From a candidate division FCPU426 bacterium (GTDB taxonomy: Bacteria > Oederibacteriota > JAAXVQ01 > JAUVAV01): a stretch of 34,863 nucleotides of DNA. The stretch covers positions 1 to 34,863 of the forward strand of contig JAFGIQ010000202.1 of the NCBI GenBank assembly GCA_016929575.1, written 5' to 3'. Position 1 is the stretch's first letter. Every line of letters begins with the position of its first letter. The translations under genes and the position numbers were made by a program. Below are positions 8,997-16,239 of the stretch, in pieces. The notes beneath the pieces were generated by a model. That model was given only the letters and a program-made list of their open reading frames with translations, was not told where the DNA came from and made no database searches.

Positions 8997-9645
8997 AATA
9001 GTGTGTTAGCGCAAATACCAGCGGAACAATAACCCGCGTTGCCACTGGTTGCCCTGCCCGGGTACCGGGTTGAAACCGCCATTTGGCCACGGCATTGACC
9101 GCCGCAGCCGCAAACAGGTTTCCTGGTGTTGAAGAAACCACCTTAATCGCGTCCACGCTGCCGTCCGCCTGCACCACCACTTCGCATATGACCTTGCCCT
9201 CGATGCCCTTGAGCTTCGCCTGCAATGGATAAAGCGGCATGATCTGTGACAGTGGTTTGGGGGGGACATCCACTTCTGTTATTTCAAAAACCAAAGCCTC
9301 TTTACCCAGATCCTGCCGCAGGTTGAAATAAAGGCCGAAATCGGCAAACCCCGGATCAAGCTCCAGTGCGGCCTGAATCTGCAGGGGATCCAGCGTCCGC
9401 CGGACATCCGTCAGTCTGGGTTTGGGAAGTGTATTGTTATCCCTCACCGGCGGAGGCAGGCGCGGCGGAGGTTTGCGCACTTCCAGAATATCAACCTCCC
9501 GTAATTTCCAGAGTGCAACCGGTTTCCGCATGATCTCCAGCAGGGGAAGAATCATGAAAACCGCCAAGGTAATAACGATGCTTGCACCCACAATGCGGTA
9601 ACTCCATGACGGCCCGGTGTCCACGTGGTAAAAAAATCGCGTCAT
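8995..9645 (-). CDS. tonB: TonB energy transducer
   Basis: N-terminal TM, Pro-rich KPPPRLPPP, C-terminal P.YP..AKLKGIEGKV...DGSV...KWRFQP. ATG 9645 overlaps the exbD stop (ATGA). Confidence 0.92.
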   Translation of the reverse strand: MTRFFYHVDTGPSWSYRIVGASIVITLAVFMILPLLEIMRKPVALWKLREVDILEVRKPPPRLPPPVRDNNTLPKPRLTDVRRTLDPLQIQAALELDPGFADFGLYFNLRQDLGKEALVFEITEVDVPPKPLSQIMPLYPLQAKLKGIEGKVICEVVVQADGSVDAIKVVSSTPGNLFAAAAVNAVAKWRFQPGTRAGQPVATRVIVPLVFALTHY

Positions 9646-10043
9646 TTGACCTCCGTGGCGATGCTGACCTGTTTTGCCCCGGCCAGCTTGCACTCGTCTA
9701 TCACGTTGACCAAAATCCCGCTCGGACAGGTTTCATCGGCGATCACAATAACCGGTCTTTCCTGTTCCCTCAGCTGCCGTGCAACCATTCCCCGCAGATT
9801 GCCCAAAGCAATCTCTTTGCCGCCATATACCACCTGTCCTTTGGAGGTGATGCCCAGCATCATGCTTTGTTTTTCCAGCATCTGGGAACTGGCGGCTTTC
9901 GGTTTTTGGACGTCAATGCCCACTTCCTGGACAAAGGCGGTGGTCACAATGAAAAAGATCAATAGCAGGAACATCATGTCAATCAGGGGCGAAATATTGA
10001 TATCCGCCGTCTCAATAGAAGCCTGATAGCGTTCGCGTTTCAT
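9642..10043 (-). CDS. exbD: ExbD/TolR biopolymer transport protein
   Basis: INISPLIDMMFLLLIFFIVT motif, VIVIAD; ATGA overlap with exbB. Confidence 0.95.
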   Translation of the reverse strand: MKRERYQASIETADINISPLIDMMFLLLIFFIVTTAFVQEVGIDVQKPKAASSQMLEKQSMMLGITSKGQVVYGGKEIALGNLRGMVARQLREQERPVIVIADETCPSGILVNVIDECKLAGAKQVSIATEVK

Positions 10044-10666
10044 TGGCTGCTCCCGCGTCGCCGCAAGACAAAATGATACTGCAGACCAGACAAGTGCAGG
10101 TCCAGTTGCTGTAATTTTTTACGGAGAATGATGATCCCAAAGATGCCGGGAATGGCTATGATCAGTCCAAACTGGGTGGTGATCAATCCCTGGCTGATGC
10201 CCGTGGCCATGAGTTCGGTGGTCTCGCGGCTCCTGAGCGCTATGGCTTGGAAAGTGTCAATCATTCCCAGAACCGTACCCAGCAGCCCCAACAGGGGGGC
10301 GGAAGTCACCAAGGCGCTTAATACCATGATATCCCGTTCACAAGGGGCAAAGCTGCGTTGCCGCACTTCCCGGAAAATATGGTAGACATTCACGTCCAGT
10401 CTTATTTTCTCAATGACATATTCCACCATGCGGCTATAGGTGCAGGAGACGGTGCGCAAATGCTCCTGGATATGATGAAAAGCCGCCTGCTGCGCCAACT
10501 GGCTGTGCAGTTTTTCCTCCCATTGCACCGAAGGGGGTGCAAGCGTCTCCAGCCGAAACTTGGTCTTTAACAGGTAATACCAAATACCCGCACAGACCAA
10601 GGCCAGTGGCAGCAACAACCATCCCCCCTGTATCCAGTACTCAAAACTTTTCAGGACTGCATGCAT
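10040..10666 (-). CDS. exbB: ExbB (MotA/TolQ/ExbB proton channel)
   Basis: APLLGLLGTVLGMIDTF, GISQGLITTQFGLIIAIP. Confidence 0.92.
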   Translation of the reverse strand: MHAVLKSFEYWIQGGWLLLPLALVCAGIWYYLLKTKFRLETLAPPSVQWEEKLHSQLAQQAAFHHIQEHLRTVSCTYSRMVEYVIEKIRLDVNVYHIFREVRQRSFAPCERDIMVLSALVTSAPLLGLLGTVLGMIDTFQAIALRSRETTELMATGISQGLITTQFGLIIAIPGIFGIIILRKKLQQLDLHLSGLQYHFVLRRRGSSQ

Positions 10667-10698
10667 TTTTCATCCCCGTCTGTCCGCAAAGCAACATT

Positions 10699-12099
10699 TT
10701 AGCCGGTCTTTTTTTTCTTTCTCCGCTGCAGACCGTTTATAAAAGCCACTGTGGTCTGCTCCAAGGTATGTATAATCCGTTTGACTTTTCTTGACAGGTA
10801 GGCGTGGGTTAAAAGCGTGGGAATGGCCACGATCAGTCCATATTCCGTCGTCACCAAAGCCTCGCTGATACCGCTGGATAAAATATTCACTTTGCCGGTT
10901 CCAAATACAGCCACCAGGTCGAAGGTATGCACCATGCCGGTGACTGTACCCAGCAAGCCAAGCAAGGGCGCAGCTGCGGCCGACACGGCCAATAATGACA
11001 GATATTTCTCCAAAAAAGGCATCTGAACAAGTATTTTTTCATGCATTATTTCCTCGAGCTCCTCGCGCGCAGCATGACAATGCTCAATCCCCTCCTGTAA
11101 AACCGGTCCCTGCGGTTCGCCCAGCCGCTGGGCCACAATTTTGGCCTCCGCCAAACGGCCGGAATTAACCAAAACCAGTATCCGCTGCAGGGAAGGATCC
11201 GACTGACCCTGCAAACGCCGCAAACTGATCACTTTCCAAATGGCCGTAACCAAACACACCAACCCCAGGCCCAATATGGGCACCATGACTATGCCGCCGC
11301 TGCGGATATGGGCCAGCCAGCTTTTCTTCTGCCTTTCCACTTTAACTGCCTCGCCCAGGGTCAGATCCAGCCCGACTTCTGTTTCCTGACCCTGCAGCAA
11401 GGCATTCACCACGCCCGGATTCACCCTGGAGACCAGGGTGGTATGCATGCTCCCCAATTTCAATCCCGCCAATCCGGCGGTATGCCGGTCTTGCGAGAGA
11501 AAATATTCAATCGGTCCAAGCCGCACCATCGTTCCCTCGTGCATGACTCCCCGGAGATCCACCGCCTGCGCCGCGAAAATGTTGCCGCCATAATTGGCAA
11601 GATGTTTTTTTTCCACCAAGGCCAGGAAATCGCCTATGCCGCCCAATACTTTTTCTGCCCGGCCGGAAGAAAAACCTTCATCCAAGGCGCGCAAACGTGC
11701 TGCCCAGTGTTGTGTCTCGGCCATACTCATGCGCGCAGCCATTTCCCGGCGGTATTCGGTCAGCAGGGAGGCGCAAAAAACCGTTTCCTCCTTTAAATAG
11801 GCGACATCCTGCTCCAAATGCTGGAAGCCTGTTTCCTTTTGCCAGGTGAGATCCTGCAGGGCCTCTTGGCGTTTCCGCAAAGGAACCACTTGGGCCTCCA
11901 GCGCGGCAACCGCCTTGGCAAATTCCACCCGTTCGCGGGAATGTTCCTCCCGCAGAGCATTCAACTCTTGGGTGGCCGCCTTGATATCCTGGCGGGTTTT
12001 TTCCATCGCCGTGTACAATTCGGCTGCACCTGCCGGAAGGCCCCAAGCCATCACCAGACAAACAAAAACAGCCATGCGAAACCTTTTTTCCGTCTTCAT
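10699..12099 (-). CDS. TtpC-like large ExbB-domain protein (signal peptide, coiled-coil periplasmic domain, C-terminal ExbB)
   Basis: APLLGLLGTVTGM and GISEALVTT..GL.VAIP at the C-terminus of about 466 aa; ATG 12099 with AAGGAG, overlapping the upstream stop. Confidence 0.88.
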   Translation of the reverse strand: MKTEKRFRMAVFVCLVMAWGLPAGAAELYTAMEKTRQDIKAATQELNALREEHSRERVEFAKAVAALEAQVVPLRKRQEALQDLTWQKETGFQHLEQDVAYLKEETVFCASLLTEYRREMAARMSMAETQHWAARLRALDEGFSSGRAEKVLGGIGDFLALVEKKHLANYGGNIFAAQAVDLRGVMHEGTMVRLGPIEYFLSQDRHTAGLAGLKLGSMHTTLVSRVNPGVVNALLQGQETEVGLDLTLGEAVKVERQKKSWLAHIRSGGIVMVPILGLGLVCLVTAIWKVISLRRLQGQSDPSLQRILVLVNSGRLAEAKIVAQRLGEPQGPVLQEGIEHCHAAREELEEIMHEKILVQMPFLEKYLSLLAVSAAAAPLLGLLGTVTGMVHTFDLVAVFGTGKVNILSSGISEALVTTEYGLIVAIPTLLTHAYLSRKVKRIIHTLEQTTVAFINGLQRRKKKKTG

Positions 12100-12893
12100 G
12101 GGTGCTCCTTTTGCACGCGGACCGGCAAAGCAATAAATTCCGCGACCTTCTCCTGGGCATGCAGGATGAGGCCGCTGCGTATCCGGGCAGCCAGGGAAGG
12201 CCTCCATTCCCATTTCCACCCAGAAACATCCGGCCAACCGATTCCGGCCTGGCGTCCGTCCTGGGAAAGGCAATACCCTTGGGCCAGCCCGATGAATAAC
12301 ACGTCAAATTCCAAAGCGTTTCCATCCGGGAGCACGATCATTTCTTTTCCCACATTGATGCTGTTCTGATATTTGTCTATTTGGGCATACAAAGCCAGAA
12401 TGTTTTGCAATCGTTGCGAAACAGGCTGTTCCGATGCTGATGGGAGTTTTATAAAATTATTCTCCACCGGTAAAAACAATGTCCGCGGCAAACGTCGGGT
12501 CCAGGCTTGCAGGGCCTTTTCCGCCTGGCGCAGGGCCGGAAGGCATGCCTCCAAAGCCTGCTGGTAGCTCTGTTTCGATTCCAGCAGTTTCAGCCGCAAA
12601 GCGCTGCGGGCAGCCTTGGCAGCCCGCAGCTGCCCGATTTCCTCCTCCAACCGTTTTTTCTCCGTGGCCAACAAGGCTTGCTCATTGCGCAAATATTCCC
12701 TCTCCTCCGACCAATTCTGTTTTTCCAGTGTGATCTCCTTTTTTAAAAGGACCCACTGGTTGACCAGTTTTTCCAAATTCCGGCTGTCTGGTTCTTCGGC
12801 CGCCAACCCCCGGACAGGAAGGCATAAAGACAGCAACAAAAGGGCGACGGCTTGCGTCAAACCTCCGAAACGTTTTTCTAGAGTGGAATGCAT
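12096..12893 (-). CDS. DUF3450-like (TtpB-like) exported coiled-coil protein
   Basis: Signal peptide, coiled coil, VSQRLQNIL, DVLFIGL..GY.LSQDG..AG.G.P...GWKW, C-terminal FIALPV; typical position before the TtpC-like gene. ATG 12893 with AAGGGA. Confidence 0.75.
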   Translation of the reverse strand: MHSTLEKRFGGLTQAVALLLLSLCLPVRGLAAEEPDSRNLEKLVNQWVLLKKEITLEKQNWSEEREYLRNEQALLATEKKRLEEEIGQLRAAKAARSALRLKLLESKQSYQQALEACLPALRQAEKALQAWTRRLPRTLFLPVENNFIKLPSASEQPVSQRLQNILALYAQIDKYQNSINVGKEMIVLPDGNALEFDVLFIGLAQGYCLSQDGRQAGIGWPDVSGWKWEWRPSLAARIRSGLILHAQEKVAEFIALPVRVQKEHP

Positions 12894-12961
12894 TTTTTCC
12901 CTTTCAGGCGGCTTTGGTGCAGCGCCATGACAACTGCATTCATTGTGTATTTTGCCAAATC

Positions 12962-13396
12962 CTACCGCCGCGTGCAATATTTTTTGAATTTTTTACTTAG
13001 CGCCGATGATTGTTGTTCAACAAACTGCACATAGAGAACAAGACGTTGTAGAAGACCGCTGGAGACGGCATGCTCCATTTTGCATGCCGCTTCATCAGCC
13101 TCATTTTTGTCCAAGTCCAACACCTGGATAAAAAATTTTTCCAAGACCTCGTGCCGCCGGGCAATATCCTGAGCCACGTTTTTGCCGCGCGCAGTCAGCG
13201 TGATCACATCATAAGGCGAGTAGCGGATCATTTCCCGGTTCGCCAAAAGCCGCAAGGCGCCGGTCACCGAGGCCGCCTTTACCCGCAAACGTCTCGCCAC
13301 ATCCTTGGCGCGCACACCCTGTTTTTCCCGAAAAACATAATATATTGCTTCCAGGTAATCCTCCAGACTCGCGCTCAACCCGGAAGCCGATTTCAT
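12962..13396 (-). CDS. DtxR/MntR-family metal-dependent transcriptional repressor (no FeoA/SH3 domain)
   Basis: LEDYLEAIY, HTH (RAKDVARRLRVKAASVT), ITLT..G, RRHEVLE, ACKMEH. Start 13396 (ATG) or 13405 (GTG). Confidence 0.93.
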   Translation of the reverse strand: MKSASGLSASLEDYLEAIYYVFREKQGVRAKDVARRLRVKAASVTGALRLLANREMIRYSPYDVITLTARGKNVAQDIARRHEVLEKFFIQVLDLDKNEADEAACKMEHAVSSGLLQRLVLYVQFVEQQSSALSKKFKKYCTRR

Positions 13397-13445
13397 CTCC
13401 ACCACCTCTTTTTTTTATGGGATAATGAAACAGAATATTCATATA

Positions 13446-13464
13446 TTCGGTCACAAGTGTCTAA
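13446..13464. promoter_or_regulatory. Candidate 19-bp DtxR/IdeR-type operator TTCGGTCACAAGTGTCTAA
   Basis: Outer 5-bp arms each match consensus TTAGG...CCTAA at 4/5 with 19-bp length; 50 bp upstream of the DtxR-family gene. Inner positions diverge. Confidence 0.5.
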
Positions 13465-13472
13465 ATTAGCTC

Positions 13473-13500
13473 TTGACAAGGCTTGAAAACTGTTTATAAA
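13473..13500 (+). promoter_or_regulatory. Sigma70-like promoter TTGACA-N16-TATAAA
   Basis: TTGACA 13473-13478, TATAAA 13495-13500; points into the long hairpin with no convincing ORF. Confidence 0.6.
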
Positions 13501-13506
13501 CCAGCG

Positions 13507-13663
13507 CCGTTCTGCAGCGGACGTGCCGGGGATATCTTTTTACCCGGCAGGGGCGGGAACAGGTGCACGGACGCCGGAAATTGCCCTGCGTCTAAGCAAA
13601 AGGGTTGAGCCGTGGACTTTTCTTTTCCGCTGCCTGCTGGGTAAAAAGATATCCCCGGCACGT
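13507..13663 (+). ncRNA. Candidate structured ncRNA: 143-nt hairpin (13521-13663) with 31-bp basal stem
   Basis: 13521-13551 pairs with 13633-13663 (30 Watson-Crick + 1 G-U); 13552-13559 with 13624-13631; 13561-13570 with 13610-13619. Four G-U pairs are compatible only with the + strand. Ends are uncertain. Confidence 0.5.
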
Positions 13664-13711
13664 ATATGCGCAATTCGGACAGCAATGATATTCGGTGTTG
13701 TATGAACACCC

Positions 13712-13852
13712 TTATCTCAAAGCCAAGGGCACCCCGGATTTCATCCAATAAACACGAAAAATGATTTCAGATCCCTCCTTCAGGGAGGCCAGCCGCCGAG
13801 CAAAAACCGCCCAAGCCACGGGTATGCGCTTCACCGGCTGCCACTCCCCCAT
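13712..13852 (-). CDS. Possible 46-aa small ORF MGEWQPVKRIPVAWAVFARRLASLKEGSEIIFRVYWMKSGVPLALR
   Basis: ATG 13852 to TAA 13712, starting 14 nt after a -10 box, with no SD; no recognisable homology. Confidence 0.25.
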   Translation of the reverse strand: MGEWQPVKRIPVAWAVFARRLASLKEGSEIIFRVYWMKSGVPLALR

Positions 13853-13866
13853 TTTAGGGATATCTA

Positions 13867-13895
13867 ATTTTATTTGGCACACCTTTACTTGTCAA
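13867..13895 (-). promoter_or_regulatory. Sigma70-like promoter TTGACA-N17-TAAAAT
   Basis: Reverse complement of tgtcaa 13890-13895 and atttta 13867-13872 with 17-nt spacer; A-rich UP-like tract upstream. Confidence 0.7.
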
Positions 13896-13964
13896 TACGT
13901 TTGTTTTTTCCGTCTGTGCGCTTCACTGGCGGGGCGGATTCATTGCTGGAGATGGTCGGGGGTA

Positions 13965-14405
13965 TTACAATGGGCCGGCAATAGGATCGGGTATTTTGTA
14001 CTCCTGCAAAAATGCCTGCAAATAGTGCAAATCCGCGGCGGCCATGTCGATGAACTCCACGCCGATGATATACTTTTTTTCCACAAACGGCGAGCACCAG
14101 GCCACGCGCGATTGGACGGTAATGGAATGACACTCGGCTTCCGGGCAGACGGCCATGAAGTTCATGGTATCACGCTTATTCTCCGGCGGGATGAACAAAT
14201 CAACAACAATGTATTCATTGACCGCAAGTTCCCGGTCGCTGCGCATGGCAATACCGCCAATGCCAATATTCAACGTCTGGCTCTCCTGCCGCATCTCCGC
14301 CGAGGTTTTCTCCAGGGGAAGATAGTGCACCAGCATTTTCAACGGCAACCGGGGATGGCGCCTTCGCTCGGCAAATGTGTCTCCCTTACCTTTTTCATCC
14401 TTCAT
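13965..14405 (-). CDS. Single-domain PilZ c-di-GMP-binding protein
   Basis: ERRRHPR (RxxxR), NIGIGGI (N/DxSxxG-like), RVAW, IGVEF. ATG 14405 with AAGGAGG; the longer ORF start at 14621 is unlikely. Confidence 0.85.
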   Translation of the reverse strand: MKDEKGKGDTFAERRRHPRLPLKMLVHYLPLEKTSAEMRQESQTLNIGIGGIAMRSDRELAVNEYIVVDLFIPPENKRDTMNFMAVCPEAECHSITVQSRVAWCSPFVEKKYIIGVEFIDMAAADLHYLQAFLQEYKIPDPIAGPL

Positions 14406-14627
14406 GGAGTCCCTCCTTTTTTTCTCGGCGCTCGCCTCTTCACTGTTCCTTCCACCATCCCCCCCGCCTAAACTGGCGGTCTGGCCTAAAGAGGATGGCC
14501 GCGCATCGCGCACCGTGGCCAGGCATGCGTGCAGCTGTCCGCCCGGACAGCACAACGAGCACGGGGCGGTGTTTTGCTTCCGGATTTGCCGTTGCTTTTT
14601 TCCTGTCCAAAAGGACAACACCCGGCG

Positions 14628-15695
14628 TCAACCCCCGGTTTGACCCCTGTGCTTAAGAAAACCGATGATGGCCGCAGAAATATTCGGCAAGGAAACCAAG
14701 CGTTTTGCCCCGCCGCCGGCATACGCGGCTTGGGGCATGCTAAAATCCAGTGAAGTTGCCTGATCCTGGGCGATGCAATTCGCCCCCTTGTCCCGCATCC
14801 ATTTCATTCCCTCCGCCCCGTCTCTTCCCACGCCGGTCAGAATAACTCCCACAGCATGAGGTCCATAATTCTCCGCCACGCTTTTAAATAACACATCAAT
14901 GGAAGGACAACAGCCATTTGCAACAGCAGGAGTAAATATACTAACGCGGTGTTGCCCTCCTTGCCGGATCACCCGCATGTGTTTGCCTCCCGGTGCAATC
15001 AGCACCCGGCCGGCTGTGATCCGGTCGCCGGACTCCGCTTCTTTCACCTGTAAAGCCACCCTTTTGTTCAGCCGTTCCGCAAACAGGCGGGTAAACCCAG
15101 CCGGCATATGCTGGGCAATAACCATTCCCGGCATGTTGGCCGGAAAGTCTTCAAGAATAACGTGTATCGCCGTCATGCCCCCGTTGGCAGCGCCTATGGC
15201 AATAACTTTGCCGGTGCATTTTAACATCGCCTTGCCTTCGTCCGGCTTGCATTTCCTATCATCCCGTCTTTTATCCAGGCGGTCTGAAATACGGGCGCAG
15301 GCTGCAATCATGATTTTGTTCTTCATGGCTGTCAGCATTTCTTTTTCTTTTTTGATGCCGTTGGCGCCGGATTTGACGGCAATATCGACCGCCCCGGCTT
15401 CAACTGCGTCCAATGTGTCCGCCATTTCCTTTTCCTGCAAAGCACTGACCATGACCACCGGTAAACGGCGGGAGCGAAGCTGTCGCAGTAATGCATCCGG
15501 CCGTATATGTTTTATTTTTGCGTCAAGCAACAGGACATCGGGCTGCCATTTCATGACTTTTTCTACAATGCTTCCAGAACTGTTGATGCCTGCGACAACC
15601 TGTATCTGCACTTCTGTAGCCAGGCCCTGTACCAGGCTTTCTCGCAGTAACAAAGCGTCACTGATGATGAGTGCGCGAACAGGTCTGGTCATCAT
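14628..15695 (-). CDS. cheB: CheB-like receiver-methylesterase with catalytic Ser replaced by Ala
   Basis: PDVLLLD receiver, IAIGAANGG (canonical GASTGG), QHMPAGFT, IAPGGKHM, PSIDVLFKSVA, ILTGVGRDGA, IAQD. Start between 15692 and 15704. Confidence 0.88.
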   Translation of the reverse strand: MMTRPVRALIISDALLLRESLVQGLATEVQIQVVAGINSSGSIVEKVMKWQPDVLLLDAKIKHIRPDALLRQLRSRRLPVVMVSALQEKEMADTLDAVEAGAVDIAVKSGANGIKKEKEMLTAMKNKIMIAACARISDRLDKRRDDRKCKPDEGKAMLKCTGKVIAIGAANGGMTAIHVILEDFPANMPGMVIAQHMPAGFTRLFAERLNKRVALQVKEAESGDRITAGRVLIAPGGKHMRVIRQGGQHRVSIFTPAVANGCCPSIDVLFKSVAENYGPHAVGVILTGVGRDGAEGMKWMRDKGANCIAQDQATSLDFSMPQAAYAGGGAKRLVSLPNISAAIIGFLKHRGQTGG

Positions 15696-16030
15696 CACTC
15701 TCACTTTCTGTGCGTTGCCGGAGAATGCGTGCGCAATCCTACGGACTGGCTGTTATCTTTCCATGCATCATTTGTATTGCGGCCAATGGGCCGCTCCACT
15801 TATCCCCGCATCATTCCGGGCCCTAAAGTCAGCATCCCCGGCGCGATTTATAAAAATGGGTATGCATTCATCATTCAGATACATGGTTCCCCGGTTGTTT
15901 CTTTATTATATTTTCGACATTATTTCGCGTATATTAAGACCAGTGAATATCTTTACTCCTGCGCCGTGTATTTGTACGCCGGAGGCCGCCTCTCGGCATG
16001 CCGGCGGTTCCAGGTGACGTGTCTCTGCGT

Positions 16031-16239
16031 GGGATTTTTGATCTGAGTGGTAGAAAGGCATTATCTTATGCCGCATCTCCGCTTATGGCGGAGAGGTCCC
16101 CGGCCTCTACCTGTTTTTCAATAATGCTATTCCTCTTAAGTCACGAAGTGAGACCGGGCCTGCGCCCAGCATGCGTTGGGCAGGCCCGGCGTACTTGTCC
16201 GGCGAATGCCGGAAGCCGGGGAATTCGCGGTGGCATATT
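16031..16239 (-). repeat. Dispersed structured repeat, copy B (209 bp, with 86 extra bp)
   Basis: Inverted copy of 8841-8963; extra segment bounded by direct repeat CCCGGC at 16099-16104 and 16185-16190. Confidence 0.9.

Noticed and set aside
13551-13600. GGGAACAGGTGCA resembling a cobalamin riboswitch core near a TonB system
   Set aside because: Wrong strand for the operon, and no AATCC, GCCACTG, GGGAAG or AGYCAG/AGACC elements.
13521-13663. Long IR as retron a1/a2 or 6S RNA
   Set aside because: No reverse transcriptase in the window; no large central bubble and shorter than typical 6S RNA.
13494-13748. ORFs 13494..13748 (-) and 13523..13705 (+) sharing PGISFYPAG
   Set aside because: The shared peptide is a by-product of the inverted repeat; no RBS or protein-like features.
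13770-13860. GGGGAGTGGC resembling the yybP-ykoY Mn riboswitch 5' end
   Set aside because: No L3 CAAUAC-type loop or 3' GAGACC on that strand; NiCo motifs are also absent.
14565-14592. GGCAAATCCGGAAGCAAAAC upstream of PilZ as a c-di-GMP-I riboswitch
   Set aside because: No P2 stem with GNRA loop and no GGxCUAA receptor.
14899-16017. Long antisense or overlapping ORFs (e.g. 14899..16017 +, 18201..19229 +, 16415..17293 +, 19627..20457 +, 29362..30219 +, 24133..24879 +)
   Set aside because: Shadow frames opposite well-supported genes in GC-rich DNA, with no recognisable motifs.
8964-16030. Invertible segment or composite transposon between the two inverted repeat copies
   Set aside because: No recombinase or transposase present, and the TonB cluster order across copy A is the conventional one.
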